A stretch of 64,000 nucleotides of DNA from Vicugna vicugna (Eukaryota). The stretch lies in assembly GCA_013265495.1 (NCBI GenBank), contig MU058844.1:11554184-11618183 (forward strand), written 5' to 3'. A program made the position numbers and the translations under genes. This document shows, one piece after another, positions 1-11,833 of the stretch; positions within the stretch are counted from its first letter, which is position 1; each line of letters opens with the position of its first letter. The notes beneath the pieces are model-generated. The model did no database searches. It saw nothing but the letters and a program-made list of their open reading frames with translations, and was not told the origin of the DNA.

Positions 1-2
1 AC

Positions 3-98
3 CTTAAAGAGACGTCTAATCACACCGTCTAAGACATCCCACTTGGTTTTTCCACTAACACCAATGGATCCTATCAAATAGGCCTGAGACTTCTGGTC
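3..98 (-). CDS. NAV3: NAV3 coding exon (96 nt): DQKSQAYLIGSIGVSGKTKWDVLDGVIRRLFK (upstream of the AAA+ domain)
   Basis: Acceptor ctcctttag|GAC. The donor GT is at window positions 2-1. Conserved navigator peptide. Confidence 0.95.
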
Positions 99-1019
99 CT
101 AAAGGAGAACAAAATAAAACAAGATAAAACCCAGCCGTGTGCCTTGTCTTATTACTACATCTTCTACTAGGTCATATTAATAGAGTGGTAATTAACACTA
201 AAATATGTATGAAGCCTATGGGGTTTATAATAACAAATATACACAGTGGGTTATATAAAATACAAAATACCCCAATCAACCAACAAACCAGTCAACCAAA
301 GAAACAAATTAACAGTAATAGCAACAAAAACAAGAAGGAAAGTGGTATGGTCAAGGAAAACGGATTCATGCATGACCTGTTCAGCAGAAGGGAAAATGAC
401 CAGGGGAGAAGGGTCTGCCCTTTTAATGCAGTGGGTGCATCTGGAGAAGCAGCAGCTTGGTAGGAGGGAAACGGTGACAGAGATGGACTAGAACTACCTA
501 GGACTTCATCTCATTATTGTTGTGATCTTATCTTTGTTAAGTCTAAATCTCAGGGTTTTTTTTTTTTTTTTAGATTATCTCTAAAATCCAATCCAGCTTT
601 GGAAAACAAGTTATCCACGGTAGTGTGGCATTCACATATTTACAAGACAGGTCCCATCTTGAATGTCCAGGAAAATTTAATATTTAAAAGGACTTGCCAA
701 AGAATCCTACTGGACTTACTTTGTCAAGCAAAGACTTCCTCTATTTATATTAATATTAAGAATTCCTTTATTTGTATTAATAACAGTCCCAAATTTATCT
801 TGCTTGTAGGATGAGATTTTGAGGAATTGCTACAAGGTACAGAAAAATAAACAACTCAAGATTTATAGACTAACTGAAGCCTCTTTTATGTTGACTGGAA
901 TGGTGACATGAGACAGTGATCATGACACCAGCAGATGTAACTAGATAGTTGATGTATCACAATTCTGGCTCAAGGAACCAACTTGCATTGTCCTTAAGAG
1001 GTGGCAGAAAAATAAATGA

Positions 1020-1140
1020 GCCAGGTGTTAGAAGACATGGATTCTACAACACACAACATCTACCATGTAACTAAGAAATGTGACATTAGGTTAAGTCACG
1101 TAGCCGACTCAGAGCCTCAATTTCTTCATCTGTAACATTT
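1020..1140 (+). mobile_element. Degraded MIR SINE fragment
   Basis: MIR core-like text: tgtgacattaggttaagtcac...agagcctcaatttcttcatctgtaa. Boundaries approximate. Confidence 0.55.
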
Positions 1141-1260
1141 AACTCTATAAGGGTAAATGATTATCACCATTGTTTAGATATAACCTGACTAGAAGCCAAT
1201 ATTTTTTACAGAAAAAAGTTGAGAAATTCACAGCAAAACCATTGTTATGATTTTAACTAC

Positions 1261-1635
1261 TGTTGTAGACAACGTTTGTGTCTTCCCCAAATTCATAACC
1301 CTCGATGGGATAGTATTTGGAAATGCAGCCAGCAAGAGGTAACAAGTTAGATTAGGCCATTAGAGTGGCTCTCTCGTCATGGGATTAGTGGCCTTCCAAG
1401 TAGGTGACGTAGGGTGGAGATCTCTCTCCCTCCCCCCAAGTACACGCACTGAGGAAAGACCATTTGAGAACATAGCAAGGAGGCGGCCATCTGCATCCCA
1501 AGGAGAGAGCCCTCAACAGAAACAAAATCAGCCAGTACCTTGATCTTGGACTTCATGACTGTGAGAAAATAAATTTCTGTCGTTCAGGTCACCCAATCTA
1601 TAATATTTTTACCATAACCCAAGAAAACTAAGATA
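1261..1635 (+). mobile_element. MaLR solo LTR (MLT1A-like) with 5-bp target-site duplication
   Basis: Begins TGT and ends ctaagata. Internal motifs gggattagtg, gccatctgc, ccttgatcttggacttc and tgtgagaaaataaatttctg are typical of MLT1A. Flanked by actac at 1256-1260 and 1636-1640. Confidence 0.85.
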
Positions 1636-2559
1636 ACTACTTTCTCATGTTCAAAATTATTGCCTTTTAGAATTATTTTGAAAAAGAAAACTTGTTTTCC
1701 AGTATTATTATAACTGACTCAAAATGGACACTCATACAGTGCTTTTAAGTAGCTGCTTTTAAATTAGAGATAATTTAAGCTTCACCAAGGCTATTATAGT
1801 CCTTTGCATAAAGACCCACTTGAGAAATTCAGGCACAGATTTGCAGCTCAAGCAGAAAGTTTGTGACACTGGAATTCTTGGAGTATTTGCTCAGTGTGAA
1901 AATTCTCATTTTTCAAACTTAAATACTTCAATTATTTCAAAATTCTAAGTAATTTTCTGTTTTTCTTTTTGATAAAGACAAATCGTGGATACTCAGAAAT
2001 TTTCACTTTTGTCTACTCAACTACAATCTGAACTTGAAATCTTTTAGTTTTAAGAAGAGGCTGGAGTCAGAATGCCCTTGTCAATTTGAAGGCGATATTT
2101 AACTCCAGAAAAATTAGAATACTTGCCTTATCAGCTAAGAATTTCCTTAAAAATGATACACACAAGTAGCATCAATGGAATTCGTCACACCGAGTTCAAG
2201 AAAATATATCTTTCCCAGCTCTAGACTACCCACATAGCTTGTGGTCTTGTCTTTGTGCAAAGACTGTACTGACAGCTTCAGCAACATGTTACTAACACAT
2301 CATAAATATGAACTGTGTTCTTTAAGTGGCATTGAAGGAATAAGGTAGACAAGATGTTTATGTCAGAGCAAGCAATGTGCTTTTTTTTTTTTAAGTTTTA
2401 GAAATGAGAGTGGCTGATCAACAATATCGTTTTCAGTGAAGGAACATGACGTACAAAGACACATCTATGTAGATGATGATGTCATTTCTTGAGTCCCTAA
2501 CTTTTCATACTTTTATAATATATTAAAGCCAATGCAAGACAAAACACTGCTGATGCCAT

Positions 2560-2720
2560 GGGAGGAGGGTATAGCTCAGTGGTAGAGCGCATGCTTAATA
2601 TGCACGAAGTCCTGGGTTCAATTCCCAGTACCTCTGTTAAACATAAAAATCAATCAATCAATCCAATCCATCCATCAATCTAATTACCCCCGCAAAAAAA
2701 AATTAAAGAAAAAAAAAAAA
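2560..2720 (+). mobile_element. tRNA-derived SINE (camelid Vic-1-like)
   Basis: Head gggtatagctcagtggtagag (A box) ... ggttcaattcc (B box), a simple-repeat middle, ctaattacc and an A tail. acactgctgat is repeated on both flanks. Confidence 0.85.
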
Positions 2721-2834
2721 GACTGAGACACTGCTGATAGCATATTGGCCAGGGCAAGTATACATATTTAAATATGTTTGATTCATGGTCATTCTCATCT
2801 TTTAGTAACAAAGAATGTAAGAGCAGAGAAATAC

Positions 2835-2932
2835 CTTTGCTCGACCGTAGCCCTTGCTTATGGAAACTACAATTTTCACACTGCGACCATCTTTATGTCC
2901 CGTTGCATCACCGGCATCATCGAGCAGAATAT
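2835..2932 (-). CDS. NAV3: NAV3 coding exon (98 nt): (D)ILLDDAGDATGHKDGRSVKIVVSISKGYGRAK
   Basis: Acceptor tttggtag|AT and donor AAG|gtattt. Phase 1 to 0. Confidence 0.95.
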
Positions 2933-4299
2933 CTACCAAATTTTCAAAGAAAACACACACACACAACAGAGTCACGTTAGCCTGGAGTTGCTGACTGTCA
3001 TCATTTTCTCCCTCCTCGTTTTATATCTTTTGGTGGGAATATTGAGCTTTCCTGCTGCTAATTCCAATCTAACTGGTTGGAAAAATCTCGGCTTTCCAGA
3101 AGGCGAACGACTAGGGTTGGGTGAAAGTTTCTACCTAAGACTGTGTTTCTGCTTTCAGTAGCGTCACCCAAGTTTTGGGCCACTGCCTGTAGCTGAGGAA
3201 GTCAGGGGTTTGTTTTTCTATCACACACGGGTCTGAGTAATACCAAAGCAATATTCAGTTACCGTTATAACTGTGACAAACTGAAAAGCAATCTGATTTT
3301 TCTTTCCAACCGAGAATTCCCAAGCTCGGTACCCATGTAATTATGAATGCAAAGGTGCTGAGACTGACTGTCAACTGAAAGCATTCTCAAGCATTTGGCA
3401 CACATGCAGCTATATCACTGTGCACCTTGTATCTATAATTATTAGGTAATGTTATTGACTTTCAACCACAGCATTCTACTTCCCTGCAGAAGTATATTAA
3501 TTGTCCTACTCTCCTGCCCTCTTTATGCTTATAGTTTCAAAACCAAAACAGTATTTCCAGTAATGAGCTAAGAGTTATGGAAACATGATAAAGCTAGCTA
3601 ACCTTTAAACCACCAACCTTTAAATGTGGCTAAAGATTAAATTTCAAAATACACTATATGAGCTTAATATACAGTTTGGAGAATTATTGTGGCCAACTAT
3701 CCCACATGTATGTTTTCCTTTGACAAGAAAGCTATTTAGAGCCGTGTTTAATATGAAGATAATATTCTGCGGACAAAGAAAGCTTAGTTATGTGTTTAAG
3801 AGCACATGTGCCTGGTGACAGAGGATTCAACTGCTCAAATTGTACACTTATAGAGACAAAGACTGTAACTGTATCATTATAGAAACAACAATTTAATCGA
3901 ATGGCTTCAGAAAATGAAATAGTTTCATTACTTTAACAACAAAGAATATGCAGTTTCACAAAGGAAAAAGTAAAAAAAAAATCTTAACGTCATAACCATC
4001 AGAAAACACATTTAGAGTTTGAGGAGTATGGAGAGTTTTGCTAGAAATTTTTAAATCATCAGAGACAATCCCCTTTACTGGAACTTATTTATTTTGCTAG
4101 ATGAGCATCCTCTCAGTCTCTCACCTTTTTGCCAGTCCCACTCAAAACTCTTCCTTAAGCGTCAGATTCTCTTCTTGCTCTTTTTCTCAAAAGTTTAGAG
4201 TGGCTTATCATTCACATCTAAATATCTAGTAGTTCATGATCAAAGTACCCCTTTAGTACTTTACTCAATTATTTTTAAATGTTCATAAATATTTAAAAT

Positions 4300-4790
4300 A
4301 TTTATTTTAAATAATAATTTATTAAGCATAAAAGAAATCTGGAACTGTACTGGGTATTGGGAATAAGTACTATGGTGAGAAGGGAGGTGAAGTCCATGCC
4401 CCTTTGGAGTATTCACTCTCAACAAGGTACTCTCAGAATGTTTTAAGTGCAAGAGATAAAGGGCACACGGCAGTGAACAGAGGAGCTGAAGGGAGCCTGC
4501 TCTAGGGAGACAGGCCATCCTGGAAGGCTTCCTTGAGGAGGTGGTGTTTGGGGATAAGACCAGGAGGCTGAGAAGTGCTAAGCAAGTGAAGACCTAGGAA
4601 GAGGTCAGTCAACAAGAACGAAGGCAAAAACTTTGATGAAAGAGGTAAGTGTGTCCAAAGAACAGACAGATATTTGGCACCGGGAGCACAGAGACCCAGG
4701 GGAGTTGGGGAGGTGTGAAATGATCCTGAGGTGGGTAAGGGCCAGATCTGTACAGCTTGGTAGTCCAGAGCAGCAGTTTAATTTGATTTC
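4300..4790 (-). mobile_element. L2 LINE fragment
   Basis: Purine-rich antisense L2-like text such as ggaaggcttccttgaggaggtggtgttt. Boundaries approximate. Confidence 0.55.
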
Positions 4791-4964
4791 TGATCCACTT
4801 ATCTGTTCAAGTTTGCCTTAGAACATGTTATTCATTTCATGTCGTGCTTACTCTTAAGAACTATGCTTAAAATATAAGATATCTTCTGACAGCAGTGGGG
4901 TAAATATTTACCCAAAAATGAGTGAATGTCTGTCCTGGATTCTTGCATAGGTGAATATAGCAAA

Positions 4965-5205
4965 ATGAATATAGTAGTTAAAAGGCTAGGCATTGGAATC
5001 ATCCAGACCTGCCTGGGTTCAAATATTAACTCTGCCACTTATTTGATGCATGCCCGTGGGCAAATTATTATAGTCACTTTCCCAAGTCTTGGTTTCCCCA
5101 TCTGTAAAGTGGGGCTCAAACAGCATCTGCTCCATGGATTTATTGAGAGCGGGATAGACAATGGGCTTAAAGCACCTTATCCTCAGCGTTTAGTAAATTC
5201 AGCTG
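4965..5205 (+). mobile_element. MIR SINE
   Basis: MIR core: cctgggttcaaatattaactctgccactt...gtgggcaaatta...ggtttccccatctgtaaagtgggg. Confidence 0.75.
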
Positions 5206-6106
5206 TTCTGACCTTATTCCTTTTCTCTGGGTGTTCATTCTAACTCGCTCTATTGACAGTAGGGGGAACACATCATGATTCACTCTGGGTCTCCCCCTGA
5301 TCCCAGGACACTGATGGGATGGTCACCTGAAATAACAACTCCGAGGTAAACCAAATAAGCAAGTTTGAGGTAAGGGTCCTCTGTGGATTTTCTTCATGGA
5401 AAATAAGTTACGGTCCTCTGTCAACATTTTGAAAAAAGAATAAAAAAGATCTGCCATTCCGGGTATGCTTAAGTGAAATTTGGACAAAAAACTGAAGGCT
5501 TTTCAAACTTCTGTCTTCACTGGGGGTATGGTACCTGCATGTCAGGAACTGGACATCTGTCAGTTATCCTCTCTCTCGCCTACGTCTTTTTTTAAAAATT
5601 AATCATGAACTCTAGAAAGTTTTTCTGTTAAACAGCTCCAGCATAAAGGCACTTTGATTTCCAATCGTGAGCCCACTAAACAAGAGTGAAGGCAATGAAA
5701 ACAGTATCCTCGACATGTGATTAAAAACTTTTTTAGTTTAGACACAAGTACCATGATTGAAAAGTAATTGAGGAAATAAAATAATATAGGACTAAAAAAT
5801 AAATGATGAAATGGGCAATTAAAAAGCACATTTTCAAAAAAAAGAAATCCTCCCCCCAACCAAACTGCCCCAAATTCTGGAGTCATGACCATCAGTATGT
5901 TTAGTTCAATGTACACAGAAATTGTAAATTTAATTTCTTTGATTTTATATTTATCTTTATGAGTTCTAGTCTTTCCTAGATGTGAATTTTAGTTTCATTT
6001 TTATATGGTTGTTTCTCCTAAACTACTTTTCATACTAAATTTGCCTCATTCAAACCTTATCTTATTTACATAGGCTAAAACAAAATCATCTTAACAGGCA
6101 GTGAAA

Positions 6107-6920
6107 TCTATATTTTAGCATAATTTAAGGCAAGCTGTGAAGTTTCTCAGTTCTATAATGGAATCTGAAATTGCCAAGAACATGTATATTTGGTTTCCAA
6201 GCGACGTTAAGCTGTCCTGTGAGATACCAGCCCTTGCCTTTCCTTAGAAGTGAAGCCCCAGGACACAGGAAGACACTGACTGCCACTAGGTGTGGCTCCT
6301 ACTTTACCTCTCAGGTTCATCACCGACAGACAAGCCAACCAACAGGATGCTATTCTGGACTCTCAGATTCTCTACATTTAAAGTTTTTGTTCTGTCTTTT
6401 TCCACCGTCTTTTGAAGAGTGTGGACAATAGACAATTTACACATTCAAGTTACTATCATTTTTTCAGTTGTATTTTACCTAATGATTCATAAGTTCATTT
6501 AATTATGACATCTCTCTGTTGTTTCTTAGCTACTAATATTTGTTTTCCTTGGTGTTTATTCTCAGAATTCATTTCCCTGCCCCAAATGCCTGCCAAATGG
6601 TATAAACACTGTTTTTATGAATTTCGGGAAATTCTTACTTGCCTTTTATAAGAAGAAAGCAAGTATACATTTGGGCCATTCATTTTATATCATGAGGGGC
6701 AGATAAAATAGAATTTTAAAAACATTCTGACATTTTAGAAGCAAGAGATACTATTTATTAAAAATATCATCAATATCAGCATGTTGTATCTCTGTTTCTC
6801 TTCTTCGTTTTCATCTTCTTTTTCTATATTTTAAAATAATTTAAGGCAAGCTGTGAAGTTTCCAGTTCCATAATGGAATCTAAAAATTGCCCGGGAACAT
6901 GTATATTTGGTTTCCAAGCG
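6107..6920 (+). repeat. ~97-bp dispersed direct repeat (copies 6107-6203 and 6823-6920)
   Basis: Both copies read ...ataatttaaggcaagctgtgaagtttc...ataatggaatct...aacatgtatatttggtttccaagcg, with few differences. Confidence 0.92.
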
Positions 6921-6934
6921 CCATCTAGCGGCTG
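6916..6934 (-). promoter_or_regulatory. CTCF-like motif CAGCCGCTAGATGGCGCTT
   Basis: Close match to the CCASYAGRKGGCRS core. Motif only; no binding data. Confidence 0.6.
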
Positions 6935-7664
6935 TGCTTTGCAATGACCACAGATCCTCCTGTAAATCGTTCGTAAACTGTCTTATATACATACAATGAT
7001 TCAATGCCATAGGAACAGTTCTGCTTTATAATTGTATAGTTCATCAGCTGTTAAGACAACATTACGCCATGCGATTCTCTTTGCAATTGAATAAAATTGT
7101 ATCCCTGTTCCATCATTAGTATCACTGCTGAATACAATAATAGAATCCAGTGCGTTCTTTGTGTTTGTCAAAAATTTAACAGAGCTGCAGTCTGGGTGAT
7201 AGAGTAGCATTATGTTCTCTCCCAGAACTATCATACACGATCATCTAGTCAAATTTAGGAAGAGGTCCTGATACACTTGTAAATGGGCTTCGTGCACTTA
7301 AAATACTATAAAATTGCATGGGGTTATGAGTATTCTATTCAGAAGTACTAACAATCATCGCTAAGCATATTATGTCTTCATCCTACTTGTAAGCATGGCG
7401 GAAGTGCTTTTCAAGCACGGGTAACTTTTTACAAGAATGATATGAAAATCACATTTCTTAGTAGTCCCCTCTTGCATGCAGAACGCTCTTTTAAAATTAT
7501 AACGCTGCAGAGTAAATTCATAAGGGGAAAAACAGGACTATTTCTGAGGATGACGGCGTTAACGGTTTGAAGAGGGCATGGGTGAGAGCTGCGGTGGGTC
7601 AGGCTCTCCAAATTCCAGATCTCCCCCCTTGTTAAGTCACAGGCAGGCATGTGCACAAATTCAC

Positions 7665-7839
7665 CTGAGGTCACAGACTCCGTGATGTTCAGGTTGTTCA
7701 GAGAAAGCCCCAGTGACTGTCGGGACGATGAGGAGGAGGTGCTGCTGGAGGACTCCGACGGGGGCCGAGCAGGCTTCACGGCGTTTCCGGTTTCCGCCTT
7801 CAGCCGGTCATTTTCAGCCTTCAGAATTTCAATCTCATT
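7665..7839 (-). CDS. NAV3: NAV3 coding exon (175 nt): NEIEILKAENDRLKAETGNAVKPARPPSESSSSTSSSSSRQSLGLSLNNLNITESVTS(D)
   Basis: Acceptor ttcccaacag|AAT and donor CAG|gtgaat. Lies within ORF 7429..7944(-). Confidence 0.96.
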
Positions 7840-9019
7840 CTGTTGGGAAGATGGAGAACATGAAAAAGATGAAGGCAGCCTGACTGAGAGGAAGGAACCG
7901 ACTCTTCTGACAGAGCTAATGAGTTTGTTCATTAAATAAAGCACATGGTGATACGTTCAGTAAACAAATACACATTAGCAAAACAGGATTTTCTTCCAAA
8001 GAAGGAAAAGTAATCCTTTTCTCTGTCGCTCACATCCACTTATTCAGGTATTCACAAACATAGACACACTGTTAGAATTTTTTAATAATTTTTCTGACTC
8101 TATCATATATTTGAGGAGCTTTCCAGGACAAGGTCTCATTTCAATTAAGGCTAACAACTGAAGAGTTCATAACACTTCTCATTTTAAAAGTGCTGTTAAA
8201 ATCTCATCCTAGCAAACAATGCCATTTGTAATACTCTGAATTTAAGGAGAGTTGAAAGCCAAGAGCAGAACAAAAGAAATATAAAGAAGGTGATGAAAAT
8301 GATTACTTCAGCATCCCAGCTAACGTTTGAAAAGGTTTCTGTTCCTTCAAAATGGGGCACTAAGCTCATAGAAACAACAAAAACCTTTTGATGAATATAC
8401 ATGATGGCAGATGAATCTAGTCAGCAATGAGCTTTTCCTGTTTCAGTCACCTGTGGTACCCAGCGGTTACTGGTTCACAGTAAGAAATGAAAACTTGGTC
8501 TGAGTGCAGACTGGTTCTGAATTTAGGCTTCAGAGCCTTCCAAGAAACACAAAAGCTTGACTTTTGCCGATGGCATTCTCCATCACTTTTACTTTCATAT
8601 TTAGAAAGCTCGTGTTCTATGCCTGGAGTTTCCTTGTCGCATTTGCTTTTCTATACAAAATAGGTAAAGGTATTTTAGAGTCAAATTTCAAAGGAATAGA
8701 AAAAAAGTTAACATAAAGGTAAACCCTGGAAAAGTGAAGAAGTGAGGGCTGTGGAAGTTTCTCTAAAAACTTAGCTCTCAGTGAGTTCAATCACTAGTAC
8801 AAGTGTCTTCAACGGTCCTTGAGTGCATCTGGCCAGGTTTGGGAAAACCTGGATTTGACAAAATTCTCCATCCTGTCTCGAGAGATGAGCTGCAAAGACT
8901 GAATAAACCGAGGACATTTCCAAAAAAATGGATTTAAAAGGAAGAGTTGTCTAAGAGAAGAAAATAAGTGGCATTTTAAGTCTCTCCTGTTTGTTCCCTG
9001 AAGATGCTTTCAGACTGAC

Positions 9020-9173
9020 CTGCATCCGGTTCATGGCTTCCCGGATCTGATCAAGATGATGAGCAGAGCTGAGGGCTTCCAGCCGAATATCCGTTAATTT
9101 TAATTCCTTTTCTCTGAGCTCACTCTTCAGCTGCAGAATTATCTCTGCCTCAGCCTCTGTGCATTCACAGATC
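9020..9173 (-). CDS. NAV3: NAV3 coding exon (154 nt): ICECTEAEAEIILQLKSELREKELKLTDIRLEALSSAHHLDQIREAMNRMQ (coiled coil)
   Basis: Acceptor tgtcttcag|G and donor CAG|gtcagt. Lies within ORF 8951..9193(-). Confidence 0.97.
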
Positions 9174-10134
9174 CTGAAGACAGAAACAAGCATGAATTCA
9201 GTGGTTATGGGGAAGCCAGAGGATTAGGAGATGCAAGGCTTCTTTAAAAAGCTGAACTGCAATATTACCAGCAGATACAGCAATTATTTGCTGCTGGCAA
9301 AACCTAGAGAAAAGGAGGAGTTTTACAAACAGTAATACATTCACAGGTTCAAAACTGCCAAGAGTAGCTCTCTTTCTTTGAATCTTTTCTTCCTCTTTTC
9401 TGAAGCTTAAAAACAATCTACCATTGCTGTATATAAAGTGATTCTCAAAATTCCCCTGTTGCTAACATTGAGGAAGCTGAAGAGTCATGGTTATTACTCC
9501 ATCTCATTCTACCAGTTTTCCGGGGACTTAAGTCTCTATTACAACAACTGAAACCTTTCTTCAAAGCAAAGTTACGACGTCCTTAAAATGTTGATCTCTT
9601 GTTTTGCCAAATTTTGCAAAGGATGACCTGATTTGCCACAATGCTGTCTTCAGGTTACCATGAAAACTCGATACACACATTGCAGAAAATAAATCAGGGA
9701 GATTAGTTTTGGACATTTAAATAACGGATGAAGGTTGCATAATCCTCCCAGGAGGCTCAGGTGATTGAGGAGATCAGCTAATGAAGCCGAATCACAGGTT
9801 TCAACCCAAACAAGCCGGCTAGCTGGGGGCTGCGTGAAGGCCATACACATTACATCCTTTTGGTTGTTTTACTGCTGTTTGGTAGACAGCTTTGTAGGAA
9901 ATACGTCAAAAGGATTTGTTTTATGTAAACAAGTATCTTTTCCATTGAAAATGTAAGGACTAAGTTGCTGGTCACAGGCTGATAGTGCTACGTTCTTCCT
10001 CCTTGCATAAGTCAGGAAGTTATATGGGGTGTACAAGGGTCTTACAGCGTCCTACCAGGGGCCTTGTCCCTGTGACAGGTCCAGGCTAGCCATTGTCATG
10101 GGCACATGAGGAAATCTGATTTAAATAGTACCCA

Positions 10135-10290
10135 GAGCGGGGAGGGTATAGCTCAGCGGTAGAGTGCATGCCTAATGTGCATGAGGTCCTGGGTTTAATC
10201 CCCTGTACCTCCTCTAAAAACACATACATACATAAGCAAACAAATGCACAAACAAATAAGCCTAATTACCTCCCCTCCAAAATTAAAAAA
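10135..10290 (+). mobile_element. tRNA-derived SINE (Vic-1-like) with 13-bp TSD
   Basis: ggggagggtatagctcagcggtagag...gggtttaatccc...cctaattacc then an A tail. TSD taaatagtaccca at 10122-10134 and 10291-10303. Confidence 0.9.
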
Positions 10291-10602
10291 TAAATAGTAC
10301 CCAAGAACAAAGATAATCACTGGAGCACATGTTTCTACAGGCTAAATGGTTTATCCTTTCTTATGACGTCAGTTAGTGGGACACAATAAAAAAAAGTTGT
10401 ATTAGATTGTCTAACACAATTAAAGAAAAACGGCTTGCAGTTTGGCTGCAGGAAACCAAATTTTACTTCCAAACGAGGAGGACAGAAGAGGTTTCCATGG
10501 CTGAAACGCATGCAAATGATTTTAGAAAAAGCAAAAGCGAGGAGCAGTGCTTAGGTTAGAACCTGAGTCTTGGCAATTTGCATGCAACACACTCCATTTT
10601 AC

Positions 10603-10668
10603 CGGGATCTATGCTTGTAGATCACAGGGCCATTTTGCCGTTTCTTTGGTGGCCAGGCAAGGGGTGAC
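10603..10668 (-). CDS. NAV3: NAV3 66-nt cassette exon: SPLAWPPKKRQNGPVIYKHRS(R)
   Basis: Acceptor aaatgcag|G and donor CCG|gtaaaa. Phase 2 to 2. Matches the recalled NAV3 insert SPLVWPPKKRQNGPVIYKHRSR. Confidence 0.9.
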
Positions 10669-10954
10669 CTGCATTTAACGCACAGTTAGACAGATGCACG
10701 GACCAATGCAAGTGAAAAGACGGGAGGATAACTGAGAAGAGCTGAGCCTGAGATCAAGAAACACTCAAGTTCTAATATAAGGAAAATGAAGGAGAAACAA
10801 ATGCTGCGCCTGCCATTTTAAGGAAGATCTGGAAATGGCTGGCACAGAGAGGGCACTGCAGCTGTGAAGGGACAACCCGGGTCTGTTCAGAGCCCGGGTC
10901 CGGGCTTGCTGTTTTCAGCAAACACTTGGGCATCCTGCCGAGGGAGCGACTTAC

Positions 10955-11127
10955 GCGGAGGCGGACTGTGAAGGCTTCATGGAGGTTGAGCCACAGTCAC
11001 CGGCACCGTGGGGCAACTTAGGGGAGGCTGGCAGGGAAGAGTCCGTCAGCTCCTCAATGTCCGAGTGCGAGGAAGGAGGCTTGGTGGACTTTTTCTTCCC
11101 AAAGGCTTGTTTGAATGAGCTTCTCAG
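10955..11127 (-). CDS. NAV3: NAV3 coding exon (173 nt): LRSSFKQAFGKKKSTKPPSSHSDIEELTDSSLPASPKLPHGAGDCGSTSMKPSQSAS(A)
   Basis: Acceptor cttcttgcag|CTG and donor CGC|gtaagt. Corresponds to ORF 10951..11133(-). Confidence 0.96.
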
Positions 11128-11812
11128 CTGCAAGAAGAGCAGAAATTACCTTTCCTGTCTATTTGCACGTGGGGAATTTTGCTTTGGGCCGTTAGTTTGC
11201 AGGCGCCATCCTAGCCACTGCCTGGGGTCAGTATGTATAAGCAGAGGATTAACAGCTGCAGCACAGTATCTCTAAAAAAAAAAAATGATACCGTGTTTTG
11301 TGTTTTTATTTGATTCTTGTATTAATCCAGCGCAGCGCAAACATGGAAGGCTTTTCGAAAGTGCAGGGTCAAGGGCATGGCTGTCAGAGCACTCATTTAA
11401 AACTAAGTACCTTGAAGGGATCTCCATTCCCAGTGCCCCTCTCTTCAAGGCAATTGGTTTTAAATGGCCACTTTAGCGCTACAATCAAGTCATGGCCTGC
11501 TGACAGGATAAACTTAAAAAGCAAAATGAAATCAAATTCACCGAACACTTCATTAATTGTGATTTTTTTCTATTCAAATTTTCAGTTCCCGGACTATGCG
11601 AGACCAGAATCGGTATCCCCTACAGAGCTCTTCGGAAAGTAGTTTTACATCTCTTGAAAATTTGAGATTAAAATGAAAAGACGCAAAGGAAAGACATACA
11701 AGGTAATCTGTTTTTAAAAGGTATAAAAGCCCCCTGCCAAAATGAATAGCATTCATGCCAAGGGTGGGTATTTTTAGAGATGCATGCCAAATTGTCCACG
11801 GTTTATATTCAC

Positions 11813-11833
11813 CTCACTTCCTCTAGAGTTCAC
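11813..11833 (-). CDS. NAV3: NAV3 21-nt microexon: VNSRGSE
   Basis: Acceptor gtttctgcaag|GTG and donor GAG|gtgaat. Phase 0 to 0. Matches the KNW-VNSRGSE-LRSSF insert of long NAV3 isoforms as I recall it. Confidence 0.9.

Noticed and set aside
2560..2635. tRNA-like sequences here and at 10135 and 59322
   Set aside because: These are SINE heads with tails and TSDs, not tRNA genes.
7001..7234. 77-aa minus-strand ORF in unique-looking intronic sequence
   Set aside because: No recognisable homology or compatible splice sites. It may be an ancient repeat I cannot identify by eye.
11150..11158. Apparent 9-nt in-frame microexon aaatag|ACAGGAAAG|gtaatt (TGK)
   Set aside because: The intron to the next exon would be only 22 nt, too short to splice. 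Joining to later exons breaks the frame.
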